From an uncultured delta proteobacterium (GTDB taxonomy: Bacteria > Myxococcota_A > Polyangia > Polyangiales > Polyangiaceae): a DNA stretch of 64,000 bases. Position numbers and translations under genes: made by a program. The notes below the pieces were generated by a model that was not told the origin of the DNA, ran no database searches, and saw nothing but the letters and a program-made list of their open reading frames with translations. Shown here in pieces: positions 44,296 through 54,140 of this stretch; the stretch's first letter is position 1; each line of letters begins with the position of its first letter. Where the stretch lies: contig CAWDXG010000003.1 of the NCBI GenBank assembly GCA_963806225.1, positions 224,001 to 288,000 on the forward strand, in the 5' to 3' direction.

Positions 44296-47200
44296 CTACA
44301 CCTTCGTGACGGCGAGCTTCAAGGCTTCGTCGCCCAGGGCGTACTCGCGCGCGTCGCTGGGAGCCTCGAAGCCGACCTGCGTGGCGAGGCACTCGCGCTC
44401 GAGGGTCGCATGCCCTTCGCGCGCGACTCGCACGACGCGCTCGCTGCCGCCGATCGCCAGGGCGACGCGGTCGGTGAAGTCGAGCTGCTGTTCCTTGCGG
44501 ACGGCCTGGATGCGGCTGACGAGCTCGCGCAGGATGCCTTCGTCGACGAGGGCGTCGGTGAGCGTCGTGTGCAGCACGACCACGCCGACCTTGCCGGTGC
44601 CGGCCGCGAAGCCGTCGGCGGCGGAGACGGCGACCTCGATCTCCTCGTCGTTGAAGTCGAGTTTGTCGCCGTCGATGTCGAGCGTGAGCTTGCCGTGGGT
44701 GGAGAGCTCGGCGTGGAGCTTGCCGCCGTCAGCGGCTTCGAGCGCCTTCTTCACCGCCTGCACGTTCTTGCCCAGGCGCGGTCCGAGCGCGCGGAAGTTG
44801 GGCTTCAGCTTGAACGAGACGGCGCCCTGCTCGTGGCCGGGGAACATGACGCGGAGCTCGTGCACGTTGAGCTCGTCCATCGCGAGCTCCTTGTACGACT
44901 CGAGGCGCTTCAGGAGCTCGCCGTCGTTGAACACCACGTCGGCCCGCGACAGCGGCTGGCGTACCTTGAGCTTGTTCGCTGTCCGCACGCCGAGTCCGAG
45001 GCTCACGATCTCGCGCACCGCGGCCATCTCCTGGGCAAGCCCCTCGTCGATCGCGGCCTCGTGCACCTCGGGGAAGCTGTCGAGGTGCACGCTTTCCTTC
45101 GCGCCTTCGACCTCCGCGCGGGTAACCAGGTTCTGGTACATCTCCTCGGCGAAAAACGGAATGAACGGCGCGGCGAGCTTGCTTACCGTGACCAGCGACT
45201 CGTACAGCGTCGCGTAGGCGTCGCGCTTGTCCTGCTCCAGGCCGGGTGCCCAGAAGCGCTCGCGGCTGCGGCGCACGTACCAGTTGCTGAGCCCCTCGAC
45301 CACATCCACGAGGCGCAGGGCCGCGTCGTAGACGAGGTAGCCGTCGAGCGCTCGGCGGACATCGCGCACGGCGAGGTTCAGCTCGGAGAGCATCCAGCGG
45401 TCGAGCAACGAGCGCTCGCCGAGCGGGCGCCCTGCCTTGTCGCCCGGATGCCAGCCATCGATGTTCGCGTAGATGGTGAAGAACGAGTAGACGTTGCGCA
45501 GCTTCACCTGGAAGTCCTTCTGCAGCGTGCGCACGTTCTTCAGGCTGTGGCGCGTGTTGCTCCAGGGCGGCGACGCGGCGTAGAAGAACCAGCGGAAGGC
45601 GTCGGCGCCGGGCGCGGGCGTGCGCTCGTCCTCGATCATCACGCGCTGCTCGATGGGCTTGCGCGGCACCTCGACCGGCATCGTGGAGAGGCCGCTGTCG
45701 ACCTCCTGCACGCCCAGCGCGGTGCGATCCTCTTCGGGCAAGAGCACCACGCGGCGCGGCAGCTTCTTGTGCGCCTTGAGCGCGAGCATACGGCGATCGT
45801 CGGGCTGGTCAGCGCGGTAGACGGCTACCTCGGCGCCGTCAACGAGGTCCATGCCTTCCAGGTCCTCGCGGGCGATCAGCGCCTCGCCCGGCTTGGCGGT
45901 GACGCCGTGCGCGTCGGCGAGCACGCCGAACTCCATACGCACGCGGTCGAGGATGATCTCGGGCGGCGTGTAGTTGCCCTTGCTCTTGCTCTCCTTCTTG
46001 CCCTCCTTGTCGGAGACATGCCCGAGCACGATGCAGGTCTTGTAGGGGTACGGGAAGTCGCGCTTGGGCGTGAGGGCGAGCTTCTCCTGCGTCGCCTTGT
46101 CGAACACGAGCGTCGAGATCATCAAGAGCGAATAGAACCAGCCGCGCGTCTGGTCGATCGCCTCGCTGATGAAATCCGCCGGGAAAGCGTCGTTGAAGCG
46201 CTCCTTGGAGCCCGGCGCGTGCGGGTAGCCCCACTGCGCGAACGGCATACAGCCGGAGTCGAACCAGCAGTCGATCACCTCGGAGACGCGACGCATCTCC
46301 GCGCCGCACTGGGGGCACGGGAAGGTCACGTGGTCGATCCACGGCTTGTGGACGATCAGGTGCTCGCTCAGGTTGGGGTTCGCTTTCTTCGACTCATGCC
46401 AGTGCGCGAAAGCGTCCGGGTTGAGCTTCTCGATCTCCGCGACAGACGCGGGCGCGAGCTTGTGCTCCTCGTCCTTCGTGCACACCCACACGTTGAGCGG
46501 CGTGCCCCAGAAGCGCTCGCGGCTCAGCGCCCAGTCCACATTGTTGTCGAGGAAATCGCCGAAACGCCCGTTCTTGATGTGCTCCGGCAGCCAGTTGACG
46601 GCCTGGTTGTTGGCGATCGCGTCCTTCAGCCGCTCGGTGGTGCGGATGAACCACGCCGGGCGCGCCATCTGGATCAGCGGATCCTGGTCGGCGCGCCAGC
46701 AGAACGGGTAGTCGTGGCGGTAGAGCTCGTGGTGGACGAGCAGCTTCTTCTCTTCGAGCTCGCGCAGGATGTCCTTGTCGGCGTCCTTCACCCAACGACC
46801 ATCGTACGGAGCCGCCTCGGGCTTGAACGTGCCGTCGGGATTGACGGCGCAGATCAGCTCGACCTCGTCGGGGTTCTGGTAGCGCTGGAGCTCTTTCTTG
46901 TGCGCCTTGTTGTCGTCCTCGCCGAAAGCGGGCGCGATGTGCACGATGCCCGTGCCGCTGTCGAGCGTCACGAAATCCTCGGCGATGACGCGCCACCAGA
47001 TGTGCGTCTCGCCGCCGTCCTTGAGGCGGGCCTTCGTGTCGGCGAGCTTTGCGGAGTAGATGTCGAAGGGCGGGCGGTAGCGCTGGCCGACGAGCTCCTC
47101 GCCTTTGAGCGTGCGCACCACCTCGAGCTCGCGGCCGAGCTTGCCTTCGAGTGTCTCGCGCAGCCCGGAGGCGACAATCAGCTGCTTCACGCCGAGCTCG

Positions 47201-48009
47201 GGCGGCTCGGCCGGCTTCTTTTTCGCCTTCGGATCGACCTTCGGCGCGCCGAGGCGCACCACGTCGTAGCTGTAGTTGGCGCGCACGGCGGCGTAGCCGT
47301 TCGACGAAAGCGTCCAGGGCGTCGTGGTCCAGACGGCGAGCGCCGTTTCCGGATCGTCGAGCAGCGGGAACGCGACGTACACGCTCGGGTCGTCGACGGT
47401 CTTGTAGCCCAGGCCGACCTCGCCGGCGCTCAATGCGGTGCCGCCCTGCGCCCACCACCACACGACCTTGTGGCCCTGGTAGAGCAGCCCCTTTTCGAAC
47501 AGATTCGACAGCGCCCACCACACGCTTTCGACGTAGCTCTTGTGGTACGTCACGTACGCGTCCGGCAGGCTCACCCAGAAGCCGATGCGCTCCGTCAGCC
47601 TCTCCCACTCGCTCGTGTAGCGGAACACGCTCTCGATGCAGCGCGCCACGAACGGCTCCACGCCGTACTCCTGGATCGCCGCCTTGCCGTGGATGCGCAG
47701 CTCCTTCTCGACCTCCACCTCGACGGGCAGGCCGTGCGTGTCCCAGCCGCCCTTGCGCAGCACGCGCTTGCCCAGCATCGCCTGGTAGCGCGGGAACAGA
47801 TCCTTCACCACGCGCGTCAGCACGTGCCCGTTGTGCGGCACGCCATTCGCCGTCGGCGGACCCTCGTAGAAGACGAAGTGCGGCCCATCGGCATTGGCCG
47901 CCAGCGACTTGTCGAAAATCCCCCGCTCCTTCCACAGCGCCAGAATGCGCCGCTCGTAGCTGGGAAAATCGAGCTCGGTGGAGACGGGTTCAAAGGGCGG
48001 ATCGGTCAT
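44296..48009 (-). CDS. ileS: Isoleucine--tRNA ligase, type 2 (eukaryote-like), with variant motifs and a large insertion
   Basis: FYEGPPTANG, GWDTHGLPVE, WTTTPWTL, GTGIVHIAPAFGEDD, WALSRERFWGTP, DCWFDSG, DQTRGWFY, LSNWYVRRSR, KVRQPL. Confidence 0.96.
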   Translation of the reverse strand: MTDPPFEPVSTELDFPSYERRILALWKERGIFDKSLAANADGPHFVFYEGPPTANGVPHNGHVLTRVVKDLFPRYQAMLGKRVLRKGGWDTHGLPVEVEVEKELRIHGKAAIQEYGVEPFVARCIESVFRYTSEWERLTERIGFWVSLPDAYVTYHKSYVESVWWALSNLFEKGLLYQGHKVVWWWAQGGTALSAGEVGLGYKTVDDPSVYVAFPLLDDPETALAVWTTTPWTLSSNGYAAVRANYSYDVVRLGAPKVDPKAKKKPAEPPELGVKQLIVASGLRETLEGKLGRELEVVRTLKGEELVGQRYRPPFDIYSAKLADTKARLKDGGETHIWWRVIAEDFVTLDSGTGIVHIAPAFGEDDNKAHKKELQRYQNPDEVELICAVNPDGTFKPEAAPYDGRWVKDADKDILRELEEKKLLVHHELYRHDYPFCWRADQDPLIQMARPAWFIRTTERLKDAIANNQAVNWLPEHIKNGRFGDFLDNNVDWALSRERFWGTPLNVWVCTKDEEHKLAPASVAEIEKLNPDAFAHWHESKKANPNLSEHLIVHKPWIDHVTFPCPQCGAEMRRVSEVIDCWFDSGCMPFAQWGYPHAPGSKERFNDAFPADFISEAIDQTRGWFYSLLMISTLVFDKATQEKLALTPKRDFPYPYKTCIVLGHVSDKEGKKESKSKGNYTPPEIILDRVRMEFGVLADAHGVTAKPGEALIAREDLEGMDLVDGAEVAVYRADQPDDRRMLALKAHKKLPRRVVLLPEEDRTALGVQEVDSGLSTMPVEVPRKPIEQRVMIEDERTPAPGADAFRWFFYAASPPWSNTRHSLKNVRTLQKDFQVKLRNVYSFFTIYANIDGWHPGDKAGRPLGERSLLDRWMLSELNLAVRDVRRALDGYLVYDAALRLVDVVEGLSNWYVRRSRERFWAPGLEQDKRDAYATLYESLVTVSKLAAPFIPFFAEEMYQNLVTRAEVEGAKESVHLDSFPEVHEAAIDEGLAQEMAAVREIVSLGLGVRTANKLKVRQPLSRADVVFNDGELLKRLESYKELAMDELNVHELRVMFPGHEQGAVSFKLKPNFRALGPRLGKNVQAVKKALEAADGGKLHAELSTHGKLTLDIDGDKLDFNDEEIEVAVSAADGFAAGTGKVGVVVLHTTLTDALVDEGILRELVSRIQAVRKEQQLDFTDRVALAIGGSERVVRVAREGHATLERECLATQVGFEAPSDAREYALGDEALKLAVTKV

Positions 48010-48203
48010 CGCGGTGTTCGTTGGCTTGGGTCGCGGAGCGGCGCGGCGAGGAGGCAGCGGCCGGCTCGCCGCGATTCGACGGGCAGGGCCGCAGTGCAGT
48101 TCCGTACGGCTCCGGCCCAGGCGCTCGCGTATAGCATTGCTCGGGGATCCCGGCGGAAAGCGGCGCGGACGGGATTGGCGGACGTACTCGGCGGGTGACG
48201 GTG

Positions 48204-48220
48204 ATGGATTATGTCAACTC
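48204..48220 (+). promoter_or_regulatory. Conserved 17-mer ATGGATTATGTCAACTC (XerD-arm-like), copy 2
   Basis: Identical to 17319-17335; about 12 bp before array D. Confidence 0.6.
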
Positions 48221-48231
48221 CGGGCACGGCG

Positions 48232-48636
48232 ACGTGCATTTCCGCTCTCACGGACGCCCCACAGCGCCGAAATGCGCGTCCCACGTGCATTTCCGCTCTC
48301 CCGGACGCCCCACAGCACCGAAATGCGCGTCCCACGTGCATTTCCGCCCTCCCGGACGCCCCACAGCACCGAAATGCGCGTCCCACGTGCATTTCCGCTC
48401 TCCCGGACGCCCCACAGCGCCGAAATGCGCGTCCCACGTGCATTTCCCGCTCTCCCGGACGCCCCACAGCGCCGAAATGCGCGTCCCACGTGCATTTCCG
48501 CTCTCCCGGACGCCCCACAGCGCCGAAATGCGCGTCCCACGTGCATTTCCGCCCTCCCGGACGCCCCACAGCACCGAAATGCGCGTCCCACGTGCATTTC
48601 CGCCCTCCCGGACGCCCCACAGCACCGAAATGCGCG
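48232..48636. repeat. 51-bp tandem array D (about 8 units)
   Basis: Unit GCATTTCCGCTCTCCCGGACGCCCCACAGCGCCGAAATGCGCGTCCCACGT; shares its first 27 nt with array A. Confidence 0.95.
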
Positions 48637-48724
48637 AGCATCCGCGACGCACCCACGCGCCGCCCCCCGTGCGTTTTCCTGGGCTGCCCCCAGGCGCTGC
48701 GCCGCGCTGCGCGCGCCGCCGCGC

Positions 48725-48793
48725 TTCCACGCGCTCCGCGCTTCGCGCTCCGCGGGCCCCCAAGTCCGGGCTACGCCCGGCCGGGGGCCCCAC
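48725..48793. repeat. REP-like double-hairpin module copy
   Basis: GGGCCCCC-AAGT-CCGGGC-TAC-GCCCGG-CC-GGGGGCC-CCAC. Confidence 0.75.
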
Positions 48794-48923
48794 GTCGCTG
48801 CGCGCCCCACGTCGCTGCGCGCCCCACGTCGCTGCGCGCCCCACGTCGCTGCGCGCCCCACGTCGCTGCGCGCCCCACGTCGCTGCGCGCCCCACGTCGC
48901 TGCGCGCCCCACGTCGCTGCGCG
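48788..48923. repeat. 17-bp tandem repeat CCCCACGTCGCTGCGCG x8
   Basis: Perfect repeats starting at the CCAC foot of the hairpin module. Confidence 0.95.
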
Positions 48924-49821
48924 CTATCCGGCGCAGCAGCGGAATCCGGTCGAGTAGTCCCAGTAGCTGCGGTTGTGGGCGGTCGTGACGTACAGGCAGC
49001 CCTGGCCGTTGATGACGGTGTCGACGTAGTAGCCGCCGCGGAAGGTGCCGGCGGGATCGACCGTCCATTCGTGGAGGTTGCCCATCATGTCGTACAGGCC
49101 CTCGGCGGTGACGCACTGGGCGTTGGCGCCGCACAGGTCGAGACTGTCCGGGAGCTGATCGACACAGGGGTCGTTCAGCTCGTCGGACGTGAACGAGCGC
49201 GTCCATGCCAAACAGCTGGATGATGGGATGCTCCGAGCGCGAGTCGTTGCAGGCTCCGGGGATGCGCGTGTTGCCGTAGGGATAGGTGTTGCCGGCGGCG
49301 CCCTGGCAGGCGCGCAGCCACTCGGTGTCGGTGCACAGGTGCTTGCCAGCGGCCTGGCACGCGGCTTCGGCCTGGTCGGCGCTGATGTACGCCTGCGGCA
49401 CGGCGCCTTCGATGGACACCGCGCGCACTTGCGTGGAGCCGGGATTCTCGTAGGGCGACCAGCTGCTCACGCCGCCCACGGGTGTGATGAGCTCCAGCGA
49501 CGCCTCGAAGCGGTCGACGCAGAAGGTGTCGACGCGCAGCATGCCGAGCGAGCAACCGCCCTGCCCCGGCGCTTCCATCAGGCCCTCGTTCGGCAGCGGG
49601 TACGTCGCGGGATCGCACGTCCACGCCGCGTCGGCCGCGTCGGCGATGGAGCCATCGAGCGACGCATCGCCTGCGTCGGTGAGCGAGGCATCGCCGTTCG
49701 GCGAACCGCCGCTGCCCGCGCCGCCCTCCCACGCACCACCTGCGCCGCCCGCACTGTACCCGTTGCCGGACGCGCTGGAGCAGCCCACCACGAAGAGAGC
49801 AAGCACAAGCGCGGCCTTCAT
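48924..49821 (-). CDS. FGE-sulfatase (SUMF1/EgtB-like) domain lipoprotein (frameshift near 49200)
   Basis: Lipobox VVGC, FCVDRFEAS, HLCTDTEWLRACQG, YPYG, GLYDMMGNLHEW, TGFRCC. Confidence 0.85.
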
Positions 49822-49864
49822 CGCGTCGAGGATATCCGAAGCCGCGCGGCGGACCGCATGAAAG

Positions 49865-50476
49865 TCAGCGGCGAATGCCGAGCGCGGAAAGCAAAGGCAG
49901 CGGATCGTCGGCCAGCGCTGCGCCGATCGCCGCGACGCCGTCCGCCCCGGCGCGCAGGCACTCCGCAACATTTCCGGCCTCCACGCCGCCGAGCGCGTAC
50001 AGCAGCGGCGGCGGTCCGCCGGCGATGCGCCGCGCGCTCTCGAGGCCGCGCACACCGAGCGGTGGATTACCCTTGCGCGGCGCCATCACGGGCGAGAGCA
50101 CGATCGCGTCCGCACCGCGCGCCTCGGCCTCCGCCGCGCCGTGGCAGGCGCGCGAGATCCATACCTCGCTGCCGACGAGACGTCGGGCGGACGCAGCCTC
50201 GACGCTGTGCTCGCCAAGATGCAGTCCGTCGGCGTCGAGCAGCAGCGCGAGGTCGATGCGGTCATTGACGGCGAAGAGCTGCTCGCTCGCGTGCGCCGCT
50301 GCCACCAGACGTTCCCCCAGCGCCTGGCGCTCCCGCACCGGCAGCCCGGGATCGCGGAGCTGCAGCATCACGCTGCCGGGCTGCGCCGCTGCGCACAGCC
50401 GGGCAAAGCGCTCGACCAGCGCGCCCGGCTCCACGCGCGTGGTATCGCTGATCGCGATCAGGCGCGGGGCCAGCAC
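49865..50476 (-). CDS. Thiamine-phosphate synthase family (ThiE/TenI-like)
   Basis: LQLRD, VNDRIDLA, ADGLHLG, RACH, LSPV, YALGGV, GADGVAAI. Confidence 0.8.
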   Translation of the reverse strand: MLAPRLIAISDTTRVEPGALVERFARLCAAAQPGSVMLQLRDPGLPVRERQALGERLVAAAHASEQLFAVNDRIDLALLLDADGLHLGEHSVEAASARRLVGSEVWISRACHGAAEAEARGADAIVLSPVMAPRKGNPPLGVRGLESARRIAGGPPPLLYALGGVEAGNVAECLRAGADGVAAIGAALADDPLPLLSALGIRR

Positions 50477-50480
50477 GCCC

Positions 50481-50771
50481 CTACCCTCCGCTCGCTCCCG
50501 CCGCGCCCTTCGCCGCCGACAGATCGCTGCGCGCCATGCCGGCGTAGCGGCTGTTCGGATAGCGCGCAACCAGGTACTCCAGCGTGGTGCGCCAGCTCTC
50601 CTCGTTTCCCTTCGCCTTGAACTGCTGCGCCAGGCCGTAGAGGGCCTGCGCCGGCGTCTCGTAGGTCTTTTCCGATGGCGGTGTCTCGCTCGCACACTGA
50701 AGCGGCGCCTGGCCCAGGGCCGCGGCCAGCAGAAACATCGAAAAAGCCCGCACGCGGCAAATCTCGCCCAT
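50481..50771 (-). CDS. Small secreted TPR-like protein
   Basis: Hydrophobic N-terminus, ALYGLA...YLVARYPNSRYA TPR-like motif. Confidence 0.55.
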   Translation of the reverse strand: MGEICRVRAFSMFLLAAALGQAPLQCASETPPSEKTYETPAQALYGLAQQFKAKGNEESWRTTLEYLVARYPNSRYAGMARSDLSAAKGAAGASGG

Positions 50772-50895
50772 CGCGCGGCGGGCGGCAAGCGCGGCGGAGC
50801 GCCCGGCCCGCGAATCGACCCGCCGCGGGTTGCACCTCGACGCCGCGCGCACAAGCTATGAACCGGTAGCGCTCTGCGCACCGATTCCCAACGAA

Positions 50896-52077
50896 ATGTC
50901 CGGTTCACTCACCCGGCGGGCCCTGCCCCTGCTGGCAACGGCGCTGCTGGCCATCGCCTGCACCCACAACGACGGCCGCTCGCCCGACGGCTCCCCGCTC
51001 CAGACCGACCCGCGCTTCGTCGGCACGGGCCTGATGGGGATTGCGTCGGAAGTGCCGCACTGGCCAATGTTCCGTCACGACCACCGGCGCGACGGGCGCA
51101 ACGACCTGATCCGCCGGAGCGAACCGCAGCTTGCCTGGACCTTCGAGACCGGCGGCGAGATCTGGTCATCGCCGGCCATCGGTATCGACGGCACGGTCTA
51201 CGTCAGCTCGCTCGACGGCCGCTTGTACGCGCTCGACCGCAACGGCAAGCTGCTCTGGACGTACCGGACGTTCGGCGCGCTGTGGTCGTCACCGGCGGTG
51301 ACGGGCGACGGCACCGTGTACGTCGCCGGCATCGATCACTACGTGTACGCGCTGATGGGGGGCCGCGTGAAGTGGGCGGTCAAGCTCGGCAACTGTGCGT
51401 TCTCGTCGCCGCTCATCAGCCGCGACGGCACGATCTACATCGGCTCGAACGATCACCGCTTCTACGCCATCAACCCGAACGGGACGATCCGTTGGGTGAA
51501 GCGGACGCGCGCGCCGCTCGATTCGTCGCCGGCCATGACCAACTCGGGCATGTTGTTCATCGGCTCCAGCGACGGAGAGCTTCTGGCGTTCCGCCCCGAC
51601 GGCTCGCGGGCAGGCTCGTTCAGCGCATTGGCGCCCATCCACTCCTCCCCCGCGATCGGTCCGCGCGGCGGCATCTACTTCGGCGCGGACGACGGCTCGG
51701 TCTACGCGGTCACGCCTCAAGGGCAGCTCTACTGGAAGCAGCTCACGGGGCAGGCCGTCACGTCGTCTCCGGCCATCGGCCGCGACGGCGTGGTGGTCAT
51801 CGGCAGTGGCGACTCCACGGTCTACGCCTACAACGCCGACGGCTCCACGCGCTGGGAGTTCGAAACCGGCGGCCCGATCTTCTCGTCGCCCGCCATCACG
51901 GCCGACGACACGGTTTTCGTCGGCTCCGGCGACGGCAAGCTCTACCAGATCGACCGGAACGGACGGCTCGTCTGGTCGTTCCCCACCGGCGGCGCAGTCA
52001 ACTCGTCGCCCGCCATCGGACCGGACGGCGGCATCGCGGTCGGATCGCGCGACCGCAAGGTCTACTACTTCCGCTGA
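50896..52077 (+). CDS. PQQ-like beta-propeller repeat lipoprotein
   Basis: Lipobox AIAC, WPMFRHD, eight SSP-type repeats (W-x-F-x-TGG-x-I-x-SSPAI-x2-DG-x-VYxGS-x-DG). Confidence 0.88.
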   Translation: MSGSLTRRALPLLATALLAIACTHNDGRSPDGSPLQTDPRFVGTGLMGIASEVPHWPMFRHDHRRDGRNDLIRRSEPQLAWTFETGGEIWSSPAIGIDGTVYVSSLDGRLYALDRNGKLLWTYRTFGALWSSPAVTGDGTVYVAGIDHYVYALMGGRVKWAVKLGNCAFSSPLISRDGTIYIGSNDHRFYAINPNGTIRWVKRTRAPLDSSPAMTNSGMLFIGSSDGELLAFRPDGSRAGSFSALAPIHSSPAIGPRGGIYFGADDGSVYAVTPQGQLYWKQLTGQAVTSSPAIGRDGVVVIGSGDSTVYAYNADGSTRWEFETGGPIFSSPAITADDTVFVGSGDGKLYQIDRNGRLVWSFPTGGAVNSSPAIGPDGGIAVGSRDRKVYYFR

Positions 52078-52090
52078 GCTTCGGGCCGCG

Positions 52091-52531
52091 CTACTCGCGC
52101 TCTGCAGGCTCGAGCGTCGCCGGCTCCCGCGGACCGGGCTTGATCAGTCGCAGGATGCCCGCCGCCAGCAAAGCGCCGAGCGTGTCGGCAACCCAGTCGA
52201 GGAACTCGGCATCGCGGTAAGGGATCGTGTACTGCACCAACTCGAGCAGCGCGCCGAGAGCCGACGCCACGACAACCGACGCCACGATCAGCCGCGCGCG
52301 CTTCCACTCCGCCAGCTCGAACGAGAGCGCGTGGTACACGACGAACACCATCACGCCGAAGACCAGGAAGTGCGCGACCTTGTCCTCGGGGATCGGCATA
52401 CGGATGCGCGGCAAGCTCACCTTCGCAGCGCCGGAGTAGAACACCGCCGCGACGTAGAGCAGCGCCGGCACGACGTGAACGAAGAACCCGGGTCGGGCTC
52501 CCTCCTCGCTGGGGTCGGGTTCGGGCATCAC
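52091..52531 (-). CDS. VanZ family membrane protein
   Basis: DKVAHFLVFG, ELVQYTIPYRDAEFLDWVADTLG. Confidence 0.85.
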   Translation of the reverse strand: MMPEPDPSEEGARPGFFVHVVPALLYVAAVFYSGAAKVSLPRIRMPIPEDKVAHFLVFGVMVFVVYHALSFELAEWKRARLIVASVVVASALGALLELVQYTIPYRDAEFLDWVADTLGALLAAGILRLIKPGPREPATLEPAERE

Positions 52532-52668
52532 GCTGGCCAGGGGGCGGAACGTAGCAGATTTCAGGAAAAGCGCTGGAATCAGCAGACTTGCACCTGGACG
52601 CGCTCAAGCGCCCCCGAATCGCGCGCGCCGACCCTTCCGCCGCCACGCCGCGACCTCGGCGCCCTTCC

Positions 52669-53930
52669 GTCGGCCTCGCCCCCGTCTCCGCCGCCAAGCC
52701 GCAGCTTCGCGCCCATTGTGTCGGCCTCGCCGACATTGCCGCCAAGCCGTAGCTTCGCCGCCCTGATGTCGGCCTCGCCGACAGTTCCGCCGCCAAGCCG
52801 TAGCTTCGCCACCCTGATGTCGGCCTCGCCGACAGTTCCGCCGCCAAGCCCGCGCTTCGAGCCCATCGTGTCGGCCAGACCGACATTTCGAGCCCCTTGA
52901 CGTAGCTTCGCCACCCTGATGTCGGCCTCGCCGACAGTTCCGCCGCCAAGCCGTAGCTTCGCCACCCTGATGTCGGCCTCGCCGACATTGCCGCCAAGCC
53001 GTAGCTTCGCCACCCTGATGTCGGCCTCGCCGACAGTTCCGCCGCCAAGCCGCAGCTTCGCGCCCATGGTGTCGGCCTCGCCGACAGTTCCGCCGCCAAG
53101 CCGTAGCTTCGCCGCCCTGATGTCGGCCTCGCCGACAGTTCCGCCGCCAAGCCGTAGCTTCGCCACCCTGATGTCGGCCTCGCCGACAGTTCCGCCGCCA
53201 AGCCGTAGCTTCGCCACCCTGATGTCGGCCTCGCCGACATTGCCGCCGCCAAGCCGTAGCTTCGCCACCCTGATGTCGGCCTCGCCGACATTGCCGCCGC
53301 CAAGCCGTAGCTTCGCCACCCTGATGTCGGCCTCGCCGACATTGCCGCCGCCAAGCCGTAGCTTCGCCACCCTGATGTCGGCCTCGCCGACAGTTCCGCC
53401 GCCAAGCCCGCGCTTCGAGCCCATCGTGTCGGCCAGACCGACATTTCCGCCGGGAAGCCCGCGCTTCGAGCCCATCGTGTCGGCCAGACCGACATTTCCG
53501 CCGGGAAGCCCGCGCTTCGAGCTCATTGTGTCGGCCGGACCGACATTTCCGCCGTCAAGCCCGCGCTTCGAGCTCATTGTGTCGGCCAGACCGACATTTC
53601 GAGCCCCTTGACGTAGCTTCGCCACCCTGATGTCGGCCTCGCCGACATTTCCGCCGCCAAGCCCGCGCTTCGAGCCCATCGTGTCGGCCAGACCGACATT
53701 TCGAGCCCCTTGACGTAGCTTCGCCACCCTGATGTCGGCCTCGCCGACATTTCCGCCGCCAAGCCCGCGCTTCGAGCTCATTGTGTCGGCCAGACCGACA
53801 GTTCCGCCGGGAAGCCCGCGCTTCGAGCTCATTGTGTCGGCCGGACCGACATTTCCGCCGTCAAGCCCGCGCTTCGAGCCCATTGTGTCGGCCAGACCGA
53901 CATTTCCGCCGGGAAGCGGACGCTTGACGG
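52669..53930. repeat. 51-bp tandem array G1 (about 24 units, mosaic of variants), left of RAYT
   Basis: Unit ATGTCGGCCTCGCCGACAGTTCCGCCGCCAAGCCGTAGCTTCGCCACCCTG and variants; hairpin ATGTCGG-CCTCG/CCAGA-CCGACAT. Confidence 0.95.
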
Positions 53931-53950
53931 CTTCCTGGCGGTCGCGCGCC

Positions 53951-54029
53951 GCGGTCCCCCTCCTGAGGCGGCGGAGCCGGCGATTTGGAGGGGGCGGCCG
54001 CGCGCAGCCGCCGCAGGCGGCGAGCACGG
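53951..54029. repeat. REP-like double-hairpin module directly upstream of RAYT
   Basis: CCCCCTCC-TGA..GATTT-GGAGGGGG then GCCGCC-GCA-GGCGGC-GAGCACGG; homologous to 59013-59088. Confidence 0.75.
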
Positions 54030-54140
54030 ACCGGGGGGAGGCAACTGTTGCGCAGAACCTCGACGACAGTTCGGCGGCGTGCGGCGCGATCGCGTGCGCG
54101 GCGATTCCTGGCAATCGAGCGTGCGGCGGGCCGATAGACT

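Noticed and set aside
44089..48198. 1369-aa plus-strand ORF and similar antisense ORFs
   Set aside because: Shadow frames of real genes (here ileS) caused by high GC3
52669..53930. 51-bp arrays as CRISPR arrays
   Set aside because: Inter-hairpin segments are identical or drawn from a few recurring alleles rather than unique spacers; no cas genes in the window
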